Position numbers and translations under genes: made by a program. The notes beneath the pieces are model-generated. The model was not told the DNA's origin and did not search any database. It saw nothing but the letters and a program-made list of their open reading frames with translations. A DNA stretch of 64,000 nt from Malacoraja senta (lineage: Eukaryota). Below are positions 12,101-23,059 of this stretch, one piece after another (the stretch's first letter is position 1; each line of letters opens with the position of its first letter). The stretch spans positions 1,674,001-1,738,000 of the forward strand of contig CM075998.1 in assembly GCA_038087875.1 (NCBI GenBank). The letters run 5' to 3'.

Positions 12101-15100
12101 ATGATCATGCCTTTCAACGAATCTCAAAATGCTTAAGATACAGGAAAGCATTCCGAATTCAATCAACGTTAGATAAATGTAACATCGCATTTCTACTTGA
12201 TTCCACAAAGAACAAAAAGGTCAACGAACAAGCAATGTTCTTTGCCAATATATTGTGCACAGCAGAGTTCTTGTAGAAAGCAGGAAGAACAATGCCCGGC
12301 TTGTTTCAAGGCAGTGTTGAATCCCGCATGACATCAATTATGAGTTACTCCAGTATTTTGTGTCTATCCTCGGTGGAAACCAGCATCTGCAGTTCCTTCC
12401 AACACAATTATCTCTTGATTGGTTTTAGTTTTGCGCACACAGAAATATCCCCAAATTAGCAATAACTGAGCGAGCAGATGATTCTCTGCTGTGATTTGCA
12501 GACAAGGTGCTACATTTAATGACAAGCAGCGCAGATTCTCCACATGAGATCATGTGTTTGGGCAGTGTCTTGTGCAGTGGGCGTTCGGCCAACGACAGGC
12601 TATTCTGCTTGGGTATGTTTACGCAGAGCGCAAGATCCCACGAACAACCGTCTGGTCAACAACTAGCCTTTTGGCAGTGATTTTGCGCTCAGCAAGATGC
12701 CAGGAAAATAGCAGACATTGAATGGACACTTAGTCCATCTTGGCGATGCTTTGCACACAGCAAGATCCCAGTTAAAATATAATTAGGGCCAGCTAGCCTG
12801 CTCTGGAAATGTTTTGCGCACAGCAAAATGTCACGAGAAAACGGAATTAGTGGACACCTAGTCAATCTTAGTGATGTTTTGCGCACAGCAGGACTCCAGT
12901 TAAAATGTAATTTGGGTCATTTAGTCTGCTTTGGTGGTGTTTGCGCACCGCAAGATCACAATAAAAGTACAATCTCGGCCACCTAGTCTCCTCTGGCGAT
13001 GTTATGCGCACAGCAAGCTGTCACAAGCATCAGTGATTGCCTAGTCTGCTTTGGTGGTCATTTGCGCACACAGCAAGATCCAACAACTGTTTTAAGCAGA
13101 GTGATATAGTGTGGAAACAGGCCCCGGCCCAACTTGCCCACACCGGCCAACATGTCCCCGCTACACTAGTCCCACCTGCCAGCATTTGGCCCATATCCCT
13201 CCAAATCTGTCCTATCCATGTAGGATATGTTTGGCGATGTTTTGCGCATAGTTGGAGCAACATTGCGTTGTCCTGCGCCTCCGTGCGTTTTTGATGCTTT
13301 GTGCACAGGAAGACCCCACAGAACTGCAGGATCCATGACCCAGTTTGCTTCTCATGGTGTTTTGCGCTCAGCGAGACCCCACAAATAACAGTGCCAGTGA
13401 CCGGTTGGCCCGCTTTGTTAGCTTGCATGTAGCGACATTGCCCAAAGAGCAGCCGGATCAGTGCTCCCGCCCCTCCTCCCCTCTTGTCGCCGGCCACGTT
13501 GCTGAGAAAGTGGCCCCGGAGTACAGATTACACTGGGAATAGCGCAGGGCATCAGTTTACCTTTGCCACAATTGACAGCGAAACGGAGACGCGCTTACAA
13601 TAGAGCGCTGCTTGCAAGTGGAGTTGATTATTTTGCCAGTTTTATTTTCCGGAATGTGGCCGCTATACCTGCTCGTCAATCAATCAAAGGCCATTTCTAA
13701 AAGCCTGATAGATTATATAGATTAAAAATCTTATAGATCTTATAGATTTAGCCCACAGAACTTTCGAATCACATTAAAAACAACGCTCAAGATACGAGTA
13801 ATAACGCAAATAAAACCACGCCACTTTTTAAAAGTTGGACATGCATTAAAACAGAAATTAACTCTCCCTTTACGCGATTCTTCGCTTGAAATCCTATGAT
13901 GTTCGTATCCTGTGAACGGGTGGGAAATCTGCCGTTTTGGATTATCCAGATAAATATTCAGTTCAGAACTAATCAAACGAAATCAACAAAACTTTTCGGA
14001 ATTCGCCAGATCTTGCATTACAAAACAATTGATACAAACGCCTACCCTCGCTGTTTCACCAACGCGAGCATCGTGCGAACTACCCGCGTGAAAACCGTGT
14101 TCCTACCTTCCTCGCGTTGGGCTGGAGAGAAAGGTTGGCATTTGCACCATTATGTGCAAACTCGAACCTTTGAGGCGGCCTCGGAAAGTTTTGAAAAGCA
14201 GTTTTCAGAAATATTACGCCCTTTCCCCCGAAAGACACGCGAAACACTAAACGAGATAAAACCTAACATACTCTCATTAACTCTATAGTCCACGTTGTTA
14301 TCTCCACAATTTCAATTCTACGAACTCTCGGTCCTGATGTTTCAAAATATATGGTTCGTGGAATAAACCATTGAAAATTATTTTAAGAATACTTCCAACC
14401 GATCTGTAGTTGTATGCACAAGATTAAAGTCTAAAAGAATCAGATCTGCTTTTTGACAGACCATTTATTAAATAAGATTTCGTGATACGGGAAACTTACA
14501 TTTGAAATGATTTATATTCTTTGAACACCGGCTTTTATTTTAAACCCATTTAATTCCCAGCGAAAATAATATTATTCAATTATTCGTTCAATTCGGACTC
14601 TTAACTTTGGGTAAATGTTTAAGTCCCAGAGTTTAGACGGTATTAGAATTTGGAACAGTCTTAAATAATTTCCGAATCGTCACTTTTTAAAATGTGTTAA
14701 TGTTACTTCAACCCATCTCAAAGATATTTTATATCACAAACGTTTTTAAGTTACATTTTCGGACTCTCTGCCTTCACACTCGTTGCATTTACCAATTAAT
14801 TGCCTTTGTTACTATTTTTGCACTATTTTTGATTTTCCAGGACATTTACCATTTTGCTTCAAACTTTAATATTGGGTTTTTTTTCCCCCAAAAAAGGTGT
14901 TAAGCTTGTACCAGTTCACACGTTAACTCTTCTTACAGCTTGCTATTTGCCAACAGTGAGTATATTTACCGTGTTGAGCCCTAGGTTGCCCCGTACAGTG
15001 GGAGGGGTGACCCCATACAACACAGCTGCCCCCGCCACCGCTCCCAGGAGCTGAGCTGCTATGTACATCACACAGCGGAACATGCTCAGCTGCGCCCCCA

Positions 15101-15329
15101 GCAGGTAAGCGAAGGTGACAGCCGGGTTGAGGTGCGCCCCGCTGACATGTCCCACCGCCTGCACCAGGGCAGCCAGGACAAAGCCAAACCCCAGAGACAC
15201 CAGCAGCACGTTCACGGGGCCCGGAGACCATCGCATCGTAAAGCCCAGTCCAAAAAACACGAAGAGCATGGTGGCAAAAAACTCTGCAAACACTGCCCTC
15301 CAGAACGCGATGGATTTCAACTCCCACAT
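5941..15329 (-). CDS. MIP: Aquaporin-0 / lens major intrinsic protein, 4 coding exons (14970-15329, 9001-9165, 7493-7573, 5941-6126), 263 aa
   Basis: Spliced product [20 protein letters not shown]...[10 protein letters not shown]...[17 protein letters not shown]...PIELKTQAL has two NPA boxes and AQP0-specific termini. Exon sizes 360/165/81/186 nt total 792 nt, all GT-AG and phase 0, matching known MIP architecture. Confidence 0.98.
6565..6945 (+). mobile_element. Degraded SacSINE1/DeuSINE-family SINE in aqp0 intron 3
   Basis: tRNA-like head, Deu-domain-like cagtgcagtacatgaggaagtgctgcactg, tail ttggctgtaaagtgcttt; related fragments at ~30830-31040(-), ~53220-53450(+), ~57400-57720(-). Confidence 0.65.
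7493..7573 (-). CDS. MIP: MIP/AQP0 coding exon 3 ([27 protein letters not shown])
   Basis: Acceptor ttttctccag|CTT, donor TGG|GTAAGC, 81 nt, second NPA; too short for the ORF track. Confidence 0.97.
9001..9165 (-). CDS. MIP: MIP/AQP0 coding exon 2 ([10 protein letters not shown]...TVGHFFG)
   Basis: Acceptor cattctttag|CTG, donor GGG|GTAAGT, 165 nt. Confidence 0.97.
9820..10016. mobile_element. Non-autonomous Penelope-derived hairpin element
   Basis: Two inverted copies of the PLE 3' UTR (ggcagcatctctggagagaagga / tccttctctccagagatgctgcc); TSD TAAGTGTAG at 9811 and 10017. Confidence 0.8.
10851..11206 (+). repeat. Copy A of ~350-bp dispersed direct duplication (partner 28230-28660)
   Basis: Direct sequence identity read by eye. 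Confidence 0.93.
12250..13400. repeat. Degenerate ~63-bp minisatellite (core TTTTGCGCACAGCAAGAT) inside an antisense DeuSINE-like element, interrupted by a CR1 3' fragment (~13100-13221)
   Basis: Cores at 12432, 12684, 12752, 12815, 12880, 12942, 13005, 13063 and 13363, plus decayed units in register. Confidence 0.85.
14970..15329 (-). CDS. MIP: MIP/AQP0 coding exon 1 (aa 1-120, first NPA)
   Basis: ATG at 15329 in context AAGATGT; donor ACG|GTAAAT; ORF 14943..15329. Confidence 0.97.
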
Positions 15330-15447
15330 CTTCCCGGTCTTCGAAAAAGCAGACTATTACAAAATAACAGCAAATGAAAAAACAAAGGATGAAATTGTCT
15401 CCCGGCTCCTCAAACGTTTTCCCCAATTTTAATTGCACAGAATGAAG

Positions 15448-15455
15448 TATTTATA
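15448..15455 (-). promoter_or_regulatory. TATA box of aqp0 (TATAAATA), with a GC box near 15569-15577
   Basis: CCCCTATAAATAC on the minus strand ~120 nt upstream of the ATG; GGGGGGCGG further upstream. Confidence 0.7.
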
Positions 15456-15737
15456 GGGGACTCTGAATCTGACAACATTATCTGGGGGAGGGACCTGGCT
15501 AGTTTGTCATTGCATTTAACTCTTTCATCCCGGGCCATGGGGGCATATTCTCATTACTGCCGCTTCCACCGCCCCCCCGGTCTGCAAGTGGACCACGAAC
15601 TCAGGAACTCTGCAGAAATGCGCGAACAAATCTGGAAGGCGTTCGTGGAACATCACAAATTAAATCGACAAATCCAAAAATAAATAGGAAGGCATTCTGC
15701 CGTCGTATAAATCACGGAAGAGCAATTAAGATAGGGA

Positions 15738-16077
15738 TGATGCAGGAACAAGGAGCTGCAGATGCTGGTTTACGCGAAAGGACACAGAGTGCTGGAGTAA
15801 CTCAGCGGGTCAGGCAGCATCTCTGGAGAACGTGTACACAAAAGGGCATAAAGTGCTGGAGTAACGAACTAGTTTGAAGAAGGGTCCCGATCCAAAACGT
15901 CACCTATCCATGTTCTCCAGAGATGCCAGTCAGTCTGAAGAAGGGTTTCGGCCCGAAACGTTGCCGATTTCCTTCGCTCCATAGATGCTGCTGCACCCGC
16001 TGAGTTTCTCCAGCACTTTTGTCTACCTTCTCCAGAGGTGCTATCCGACTCGCTGAGTTACACCAGCACTTCGTGTC
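15738..16077. mobile_element. Penelope-derived hairpin element with a nested second element (15927-16027), in the aqp0 upstream region
   Basis: 15-bp TSD CAATTAAGATAGGGA (15723 and 16078); nested copy flanked by TTCTCCAGAG(A/G)TGC (15913 and 16028). Confidence 0.85.
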
Positions 16078-17412
16078 CAATTAAGATAGGGACAAGATGA
16101 ACTCACAAATAATATGAATGAGGTGGCTTAGTGCTTAGTCTCGGCTTGCACCAGTGAATAATCAAAATGGACAGGGCATTTGAAGATATTAGAACGCGTC
16201 AAAACATTTTAGTTGAAAGAAAGTTGATAAATTGGACACACAATGAGGATAAAATTCCAAGATTCCACCCATGCATACTAAAAGAAGCTGGGAACAAGAT
16301 AGGGGAGGGACTATAATAGAAGAGCGACGTTATGTGTATGCACAAGATAAAAGATGAGATACACGCTGTTCCAGGAAATGGAGATTGTGGGTGAAATGTA
16401 GGAATGTGAGAAGTATTGATCCACAGAAACCAGTAGCGCACCTATTGTTTTTTTACCCTTTCTGCAACATTTTAGACTTGAAATGGCTGTGGGTTGGAGG
16501 CAAATCATGTTAGATCCAGGCCATGACTCCAAAATTCGACCATCTCCAGCTACTTCCTTCACAAGGCCAGAAGTGGGAATGTTCCCTGAAGTTTGCACAA
16601 TGTTCAGTTCCATTTACAACTCCTCAGGTAACGGAAATGAAAAACAAAACTGCAGGTGCTGGAGATCTGAAATTTAAAAAAAAACAGAAAATGCTGGAAA
16701 ATGCGTTACAGGTCAGGCAGCATCTGTGGAAAGTGAAACCGAGTTGATGTTTCTGGTCTGACATAAGGTCTTCAACCTGAAATAGTAAGCTGGTTCTCTT
16801 TCCACTGTTGCTGCCTGACCTTCTCTGCACCTTTTCCAGCCTAATGGGGTGCGGACGAGCAGCATTTTCACCATTTATTGCAGTCTTTTTGTTTAGCAGT
16901 CAATATATAAATTGTGAATATTTGAAGGCCAAGGAGAGACTTCTTTAGCACTTCAATAATTACAATTTGTCTATTTGAAAACACCCTATGTATTCCTCGA
17001 GAAGGGTCCCGACCTGGAACGCCGCCTATCAATGTTCTCCAGGGATGCTGCCTGAGTTTCTCCAGCGCTTTGTGTCTTTCCTACTTATTCCTATTCCTTG
17101 CTTTTCATCCTGTAATCAATCCTCGAAGCATATTACCATCTTAACCTCAACCCCCTGAGCCCTCATTTTAAGTAACAACCTGTATGGTATCTTATCAAAT
17201 TCATTTTGAAAACCTAGATATACCACATCTACTAGTTCTCTTTTATCTACCCTGCGATGTACATCCTTGTTAAATTAGATGCAGGTCTGCAGGTCTAGGA
17301 GTTAATCTGGTTTTAGTCACCTTTACGATTTAACGTTTCTTGCTGTCACTAGACCCTCAATTATTGTTTCTTCTGCAGTGAAGCTGATTTAAATAATGAT
17401 TTATGCATCAGT

Positions 17413-17877
17413 CATCTACATGTCTTCTTTTCTACATCGGTGAGACCAAGCGTAGGCTTGGCGATCGCTTCGCCGAACACCTCCGCTCGGTTCGCAATAA
17501 CCAACCTGATCTCCCGGTGGCTCAGCACTTCAACTCCCCCTCCCATTCCGAATCCGACCTTTCTGTCCTGGGCCTTCTCCATGGCCAGAGTGAGGACCAC
17601 CGTAAATTGGAGGAGCAGCACCTCATATTTCGCTTGGGCAGTCCGCACCCCAGCGGAATGAACATTGACTTCTTTAATTTCAGGTAGTCCTTACTTTCTC
17701 CTCCACTTCTCAGCTCTCCCTCAGCCCACCGGCTCCACCTCTTCCTTTCTTCCTCCCGCCCCCCCCCCCCACCCTCACATCAGTCTGAAGAAGGGTTTCG
17801 ACCTGAAACGTTGCCTATTTTCTTCACTCCATAGATGCTGCCTCACCCGCTGAGTTTCTCCAGCACTTTTGTCTACC
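17413..17877 (+). mobile_element. 5'-truncated Penelope-like retroelement (GIY-YIG endonuclease C-terminus + 3' UTR)
   Basis: ORF 17403..17687 YIGETKRRLGDRFAEH...VAQHFN...LEEQHLIFRLG...GMN is a PLE GIY-YIG domain; 12-bp TSD TTATGCATCAGT at 17401-17412 and 17878-17889. Confidence 0.88.
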
Positions 17878-18399
17878 TTATGCATCAGTAATTTCTTTTC
17901 TTCCCAACCATTTCTCCTGTTAGTCTCTTTAGGCACACTTCTATTTTTGCCGCTGAATTGTTGTGGCATTAGTTTGTTCAGTTTAGTTTATTGCCACGTG
18001 CAGCGAGGTACAGTGAAAAGCTTTTGTTGCATGCTAACCAGACAGGGGAAAGACTATACATGATTACAATCAAGCCATCCACAGTGTACAGATATATGAT
18101 AAAGGGAATAACGTTTAGTGCAAGATAAAGTCCAACAAAATCTGATCAAAGATAATCCGAGGGTCTCCAGCGAGGTACATAGTAGCTCAGGACTGCTCTC
18201 TAGTTGTTGGTAGAATGGCCCAGTTTATGTCTCTATATAGATGCGGAAGCTCTTGCAGTCTTTTTATCTTTCTTGTTAACTTAATCTCATTGTCTATTTT
18301 TTCTCTCTATGTGAGTGTTTTGATTTGGCAACATTATAAATATTTTCATTTAACAATGCTATCTTTAACCTCCAAAGTTACCTTTGATGGATCACTTAT

Positions 18400-20660
18400 C
18401 TTGTGGAGTTTTTCATTCTTCAATGGAGAAGTTTAAAAAAAACATTATTAATCTACTAGCAAAACTTTAAATCTAGTTTCCAAATATACCTTAGCTAATG
18501 CACCCCACGTTTATGTGGTTGACTTTATTTAAATTTAGAACTCTAGTTTTTGACTGACCTTTCTCTCTCTTGAAGTATTTATAACATTGTCATATTGCCT
18601 TCACTTTTGCTGCATGTGAAATTATTGATGAATCCTATCTTAACCATATGAAATAAAGTCGAAGACAACGTATTCACTAACTAGTTCTAAGATGCATTGT
18701 CCCAAAAACTGTCCTGACAACATTCTCACATCACATCCTCCAAACTACGTTTGCCAATTTCATTTGGCAAATCTATGTGGGATTTAGTGTCCCCCACAAT
18801 ATTGTTTTACCTTTGAACGAAGCTATTCTTATTTTTTGATTAGTATTCTCTCTAATTTTGTTGTTTCTGTATTCCTCTCCAATCAGTATTTTTAGTCATA
18901 TATTATCCTTTACTTCCACCCATATAGATTCCATTATCCATTCTTCTGGGCCAAGTTTATTTCTCGCTGGTTTATCCTGTGTTACCAGGTCTTCCTGATC
19001 TCTTTTACCATTTGGTCTACTCGTTCTAAATGCTAAGACACCTGGATTATTTAACTCCAACTCCCTGAAACAAATGTGCTGCCATTTCTCTGTAAAGGCT
19101 GCTGGGTCAAACCCATTTGTTTCTATTTGTGCCGTCTGTTCACCAGTCCCAAATGGTTCATACATTCAAATACACGTTACTCGGGTAACAATTCCCAGAT
19201 TTATATGTTTAAGGTAGTTTCAATTTGATCCCTCGCTTCTCAAAATCTGAGCAGGACTCATTCCTAGAGCTACCTATGTCAGACGGAGGATATCAGCTCC
19301 CCCCACACGCCACCTAGTCAGAATGCTTCATAAAAATACACTGGAGGTTCCTCATGATAGTACAGGCGATCAACACTAACCACTCTGACCTCCCGCAAAG
19401 ATTTATATCAAGTGTGGTTTACAGATGATGAATAGGGCTTGGGGATAATCGAACAACTTCCTGCAGGGACCATGGAGAAATTAACCATCTGGAACTATTT
19501 GGCCTTGGTCCTGAGGCAGCTTAGTCATTGCTCCAGAGATTAATGGTCCATTTTGCTCAATTTTTTCTCATCGGCCAACCCTCATCCCAGGAAGCAGTCC
19601 GGCCCTTCTTGGTTGCACCAGACAAGTATCTCCTTTCTTAAATAAGCAGCCTAAAATATTCCAGGTGTAGTCTCAGCAATGTCCTGAACAGTTCTACCAA
19701 GTGTGCCTAACTCTTATACTTATTCCCTTTGCAATAAAGGCCAACATTTCATGTGCCATCTTAATTGTCTCCTGGCCCTGCATTCTACCTTCATGTATTT
19801 GTGGTATAAGAACACCCAGATGTTTCTGAACACCAGCAGTCTAAAGAATATTCTGCAGTTTTTGTTACTCTTTCTGCAAAAATAGAAAATCTCAGATTTC
19901 CATCTGCCATCTTTTTGACCCATTGATATTCCTTTGCAGACTCTTATGAACTCCACAGCCCATTTCATCACCTACCTTTGTATTATAAGCGAAGTTAGAT
20001 ATTTTACACGCGGTCCCTTCATCTAAGAAGTCATTAGTATTGGTTATAAATAGCTGAGGCCTGATCTCTGAGGCACCCTACCAATTATAGTTTGCTAACT
20101 GAAAATTATATTTACTATCCATAAAGCTAATCGGCATTCCTCATTAATATATTATCCGCACTCCATGATCCCTTATTTTGCACAGTAACTTATTTTTTCG
20201 CACCTTGTGGAAATCTAAATATACTAACCCAACTGTCTCCCAATTGTCGACTGCTACATGCTCCAAGAACTGCAATAAATGTCTTTACGCTCATTTTTTT
20301 TTCATAAAACCTGTTTGCTCCACTTCTTCCGATTATGGTTTTCCAAGCACTCTGTTATCACTTCCTCCACAATGGATTCTAGCGTTTTTCAGACAAATGT
20401 TGCTGGGCTAACTGGTCTGTAGATCTACATTTTCTTATCTTCGTCTTTTCTTGAAAAGCAGTGTTACATTGGATGTGTTACACTATCATCTACGTTACAA
20501 TGTAGGACCATAGTCTACATTACAGTAATCTTTCCAGGATTCTTGGAATATTGGAAAATCACAACGAATGCATTGGACTCTTTTAGAATACAAGGATGCA
20601 GGCTTTTGGATTCAAGGGATTTGTCCACCTTTGGTCCCATTAGTTTGCCCAGTGCATTTT
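18400..20660 (-). mobile_element. Highly degraded CR1 LINE remnants
   Basis: ESIWVEV endonuclease-like peptide (ORF 18896..19165) and patchy RT-like sequence; boundaries approximate. Confidence 0.5.
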
Positions 20661-20808
20661 CTTTATTTATACATAGTGAAATGGGCACTTACTGTCCCTC
20701 CATAATCTCCTCTGAATTAAGGGAGGTTTTTGAGTCAACTACATTGGTGAGTCTTGAGTCACAGACAGGCCAGGTAGGGATAGGAGGCGGGTTATACAAC
20801 AATATAGC

Positions 20809-21125
20809 CGGTGGCGCAGCGGTAGGGAAGCTGCCTTACAGCGAATGCAGCGCCAGGAGACCCGGGTTTGATCCCGACTACGGGTGCTGTCTGTACGGAG
20901 TTTGCACGTTCTCCCCGTGACCTGCGTGGGTTTTCTCCGAGATCTTCAGTTTCCTCCCACACTCCAAAGACGTACAGATTTGTAGGTTAATTGGCTTGGT
21001 AAATGTAAAAATCATCCCTAGTGTGTATAGGAAAGTGTTAATATGCGGGCGATCGCTGGTCGGTGTGGACTCGGGGGGCCGAAGGGCCTGTTTCCACACT
21101 GTATCTCTAAACTAAACTAAATTAA
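20809..21125 (+). mobile_element. HE1/V-SINE-like tRNA-derived SINE
   Basis: A/B-box-like head (ggtggcgcagcggtag...gggtttgatccc), V-domain-like core, CR1-like tail and (CTAAA)n. Confidence 0.85.
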
Positions 21126-21583
21126 ACTCAACTAAATCCAGTCATTTCATGGTTACCTCGACTGAAATTTACTTAATTGTTTTATTTTATATTTCCCATC
21201 TGTAACAGTGGGGTTCGATCTCTGGATCAATGGTCCAGAGCTTTGGTTGCTAATCCAGTAATTTAAAGATTGTGCCGCTGTATCTCATGTACTCCCAGTA
21301 CCAGAGTCAGTGACCCGTGAGTCAATCCCCACTTCTCCCACACATTTAAGTCTCTGATCTATTTGTCCATCCATCAATTTCCATGTGACTCGGGAAGCAA
21401 TGCAGAGATTATTACTCTTGCAGTTAAAGTGGGCCAAATGCGGGAGCTGGGACTAGTGTAGATGGGGCATGTTGGCTGGTGTGGGCAAGTTGGGCCGAAG
21501 GACCTGTTTCCATGCTGTATCACTCTATGACTCTATGACTAATACCTGGAATGAGCTTATTGTCCCCTGAGGAAAGGTTTTCT

Positions 21584-21894
21584 TTTAGTTTAGTTTATAG
21601 ATACAGCGAGGAAACAGGCCCTTCGGCCCACCTTTTCTGTGCTGACCAGCGATCACCCCGCAGACTAACGCTATTCTGCACACAGGAACAATTTACAATT
21701 TTTACTGAAGCCAATTAGCCTACAAACCTGTACGTCTTTGGAGTGTGGGAGGAAACCAGAGCTTCGGGAGAAAAACCACGCAGGTCACGGGGAGAACGTA
21801 CAAACTCCGTACAGACAGTATCCGTAGTCAACATCGAACCCGGGTCTCTGGCGCTGTAAGGCAGCTACTCTTCCGCTGCGCCACCGTGCTGCCC
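21584..21894 (-). mobile_element. HE1/V-SINE-like SINE
   Basis: Reverse complement of the same family, full length. Confidence 0.85.
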
Positions 21895-22878
21895 CAGAAG
21901 TGGGCTTGTCTGGGATTTTGCCCTTCGGCCCTACTAATCAAGAGCCTATCAATCTCTGCTTTAAAATACCCATGTTTTTATGATGTGGGAGGAAACTGGA
22001 GCACCCAGAGGATACCCACACAGCCGCAGGGAGAACGTGCAAACTCCACACAGATAGCACTCGAGGTCAGGATTGAACCCGGGTCTCTGGTGCTATGAGG
22101 GAGTGCCCCTTACTTTCCCCTCTCACCTTCAACTTATGTTCTCTGGTTCCCTGCTCTGAGTAAAATACTCTGTGCATCTACCCTATCTATTCCTCTCATG
22201 ATCTTGTACACCTCTGTAACATCACCCCTCATCTTCCTGCGTTCCAAGGAATAAAGTTCTAGCCTGCCTGACCTCTCCCTATAGCTCAGGCCCCTAAGAA
22301 TTGGCTACATCCTCGTAAATCTTCGCTGCACTCTTTCAAGTCTAGAATCAAGTCAGGAATTTTTGCTGCTGCCTGCAAAATGAAACCGTAGTATTTCATT
22401 ACTGACTCAATGTGTCGAATGCTGCCTGTTACTCGTATTGTTGAAGTCTTCTGATGATTTCCCATGTTCTGTTTGGATTATCAGTAATTTCTGTCCCGTG
22501 CTTTCTATGATGTGGCCAGTAGGCTCAAATAATATGAGGAACAAGACCATTTTGTCCATTTGATCTGTTATTTCAACTCCGCAGGCACAGTTTGTCCAAT
22601 TTGCCCTTCCATGGATCCGACACAACATTAATTCTTTGAGTGAAGAGTTATTTCACCTGTCCTGGAAAGGCTCAACACATAACCACACAACCCACATTAT
22701 TCACCTTTAATAGACCTTTTCTGTGAGACAACATGGGTCTTGGCCAAGAGAACCATTGGCATAGAATACTTCATGCTTCCTAACTATAGAATGACGGAGC
22801 ACTGAAGGATGGCATCTTGACTGTCGCAACGTAATATTGTTTACTTGGAGCTTTCAAACCGGTTGCTAATTAGACATT

Positions 22879-23059
22879 GTTTAAGAAGGAACTGCAGATG
22901 CTGGAAAATCGAAGGTAGATGAAAATGCTGGAGAAACTCAGCGGGTGAGGCAGCATCTATAGAGCGGAGAAAATAGGCAACGTTTCGGGTCGAGACCCTT
23001 CTTCGCTCCATAGATGCTGCCTCACCCGCTGAGTTTCTCCAGCAATTTTGTCTACCACC
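22879..23059. mobile_element. Penelope-derived hairpin element
   Basis: Inverted arms; 14-bp TSD GCTAATTAGACATT at 22865 and 23060. Confidence 0.83.

Noticed and set aside
12250-13400. CRISPR-like look of conserved cores with variable spacers
   Set aside because: Vertebrate intron, spacers are homologous to each other, the unit derives from a SINE and there are no cas genes
14923-15438. 171-aa minus-strand ORF overlapping aqp0 exon 1
   Set aside because: GTG start, alternate frame of a GC-rich exon, no recognisable protein
20809-20880. tRNA genes at SINE heads
   Set aside because: A/B-box-like heads run directly into SINE bodies; no complete cloverleaf evident
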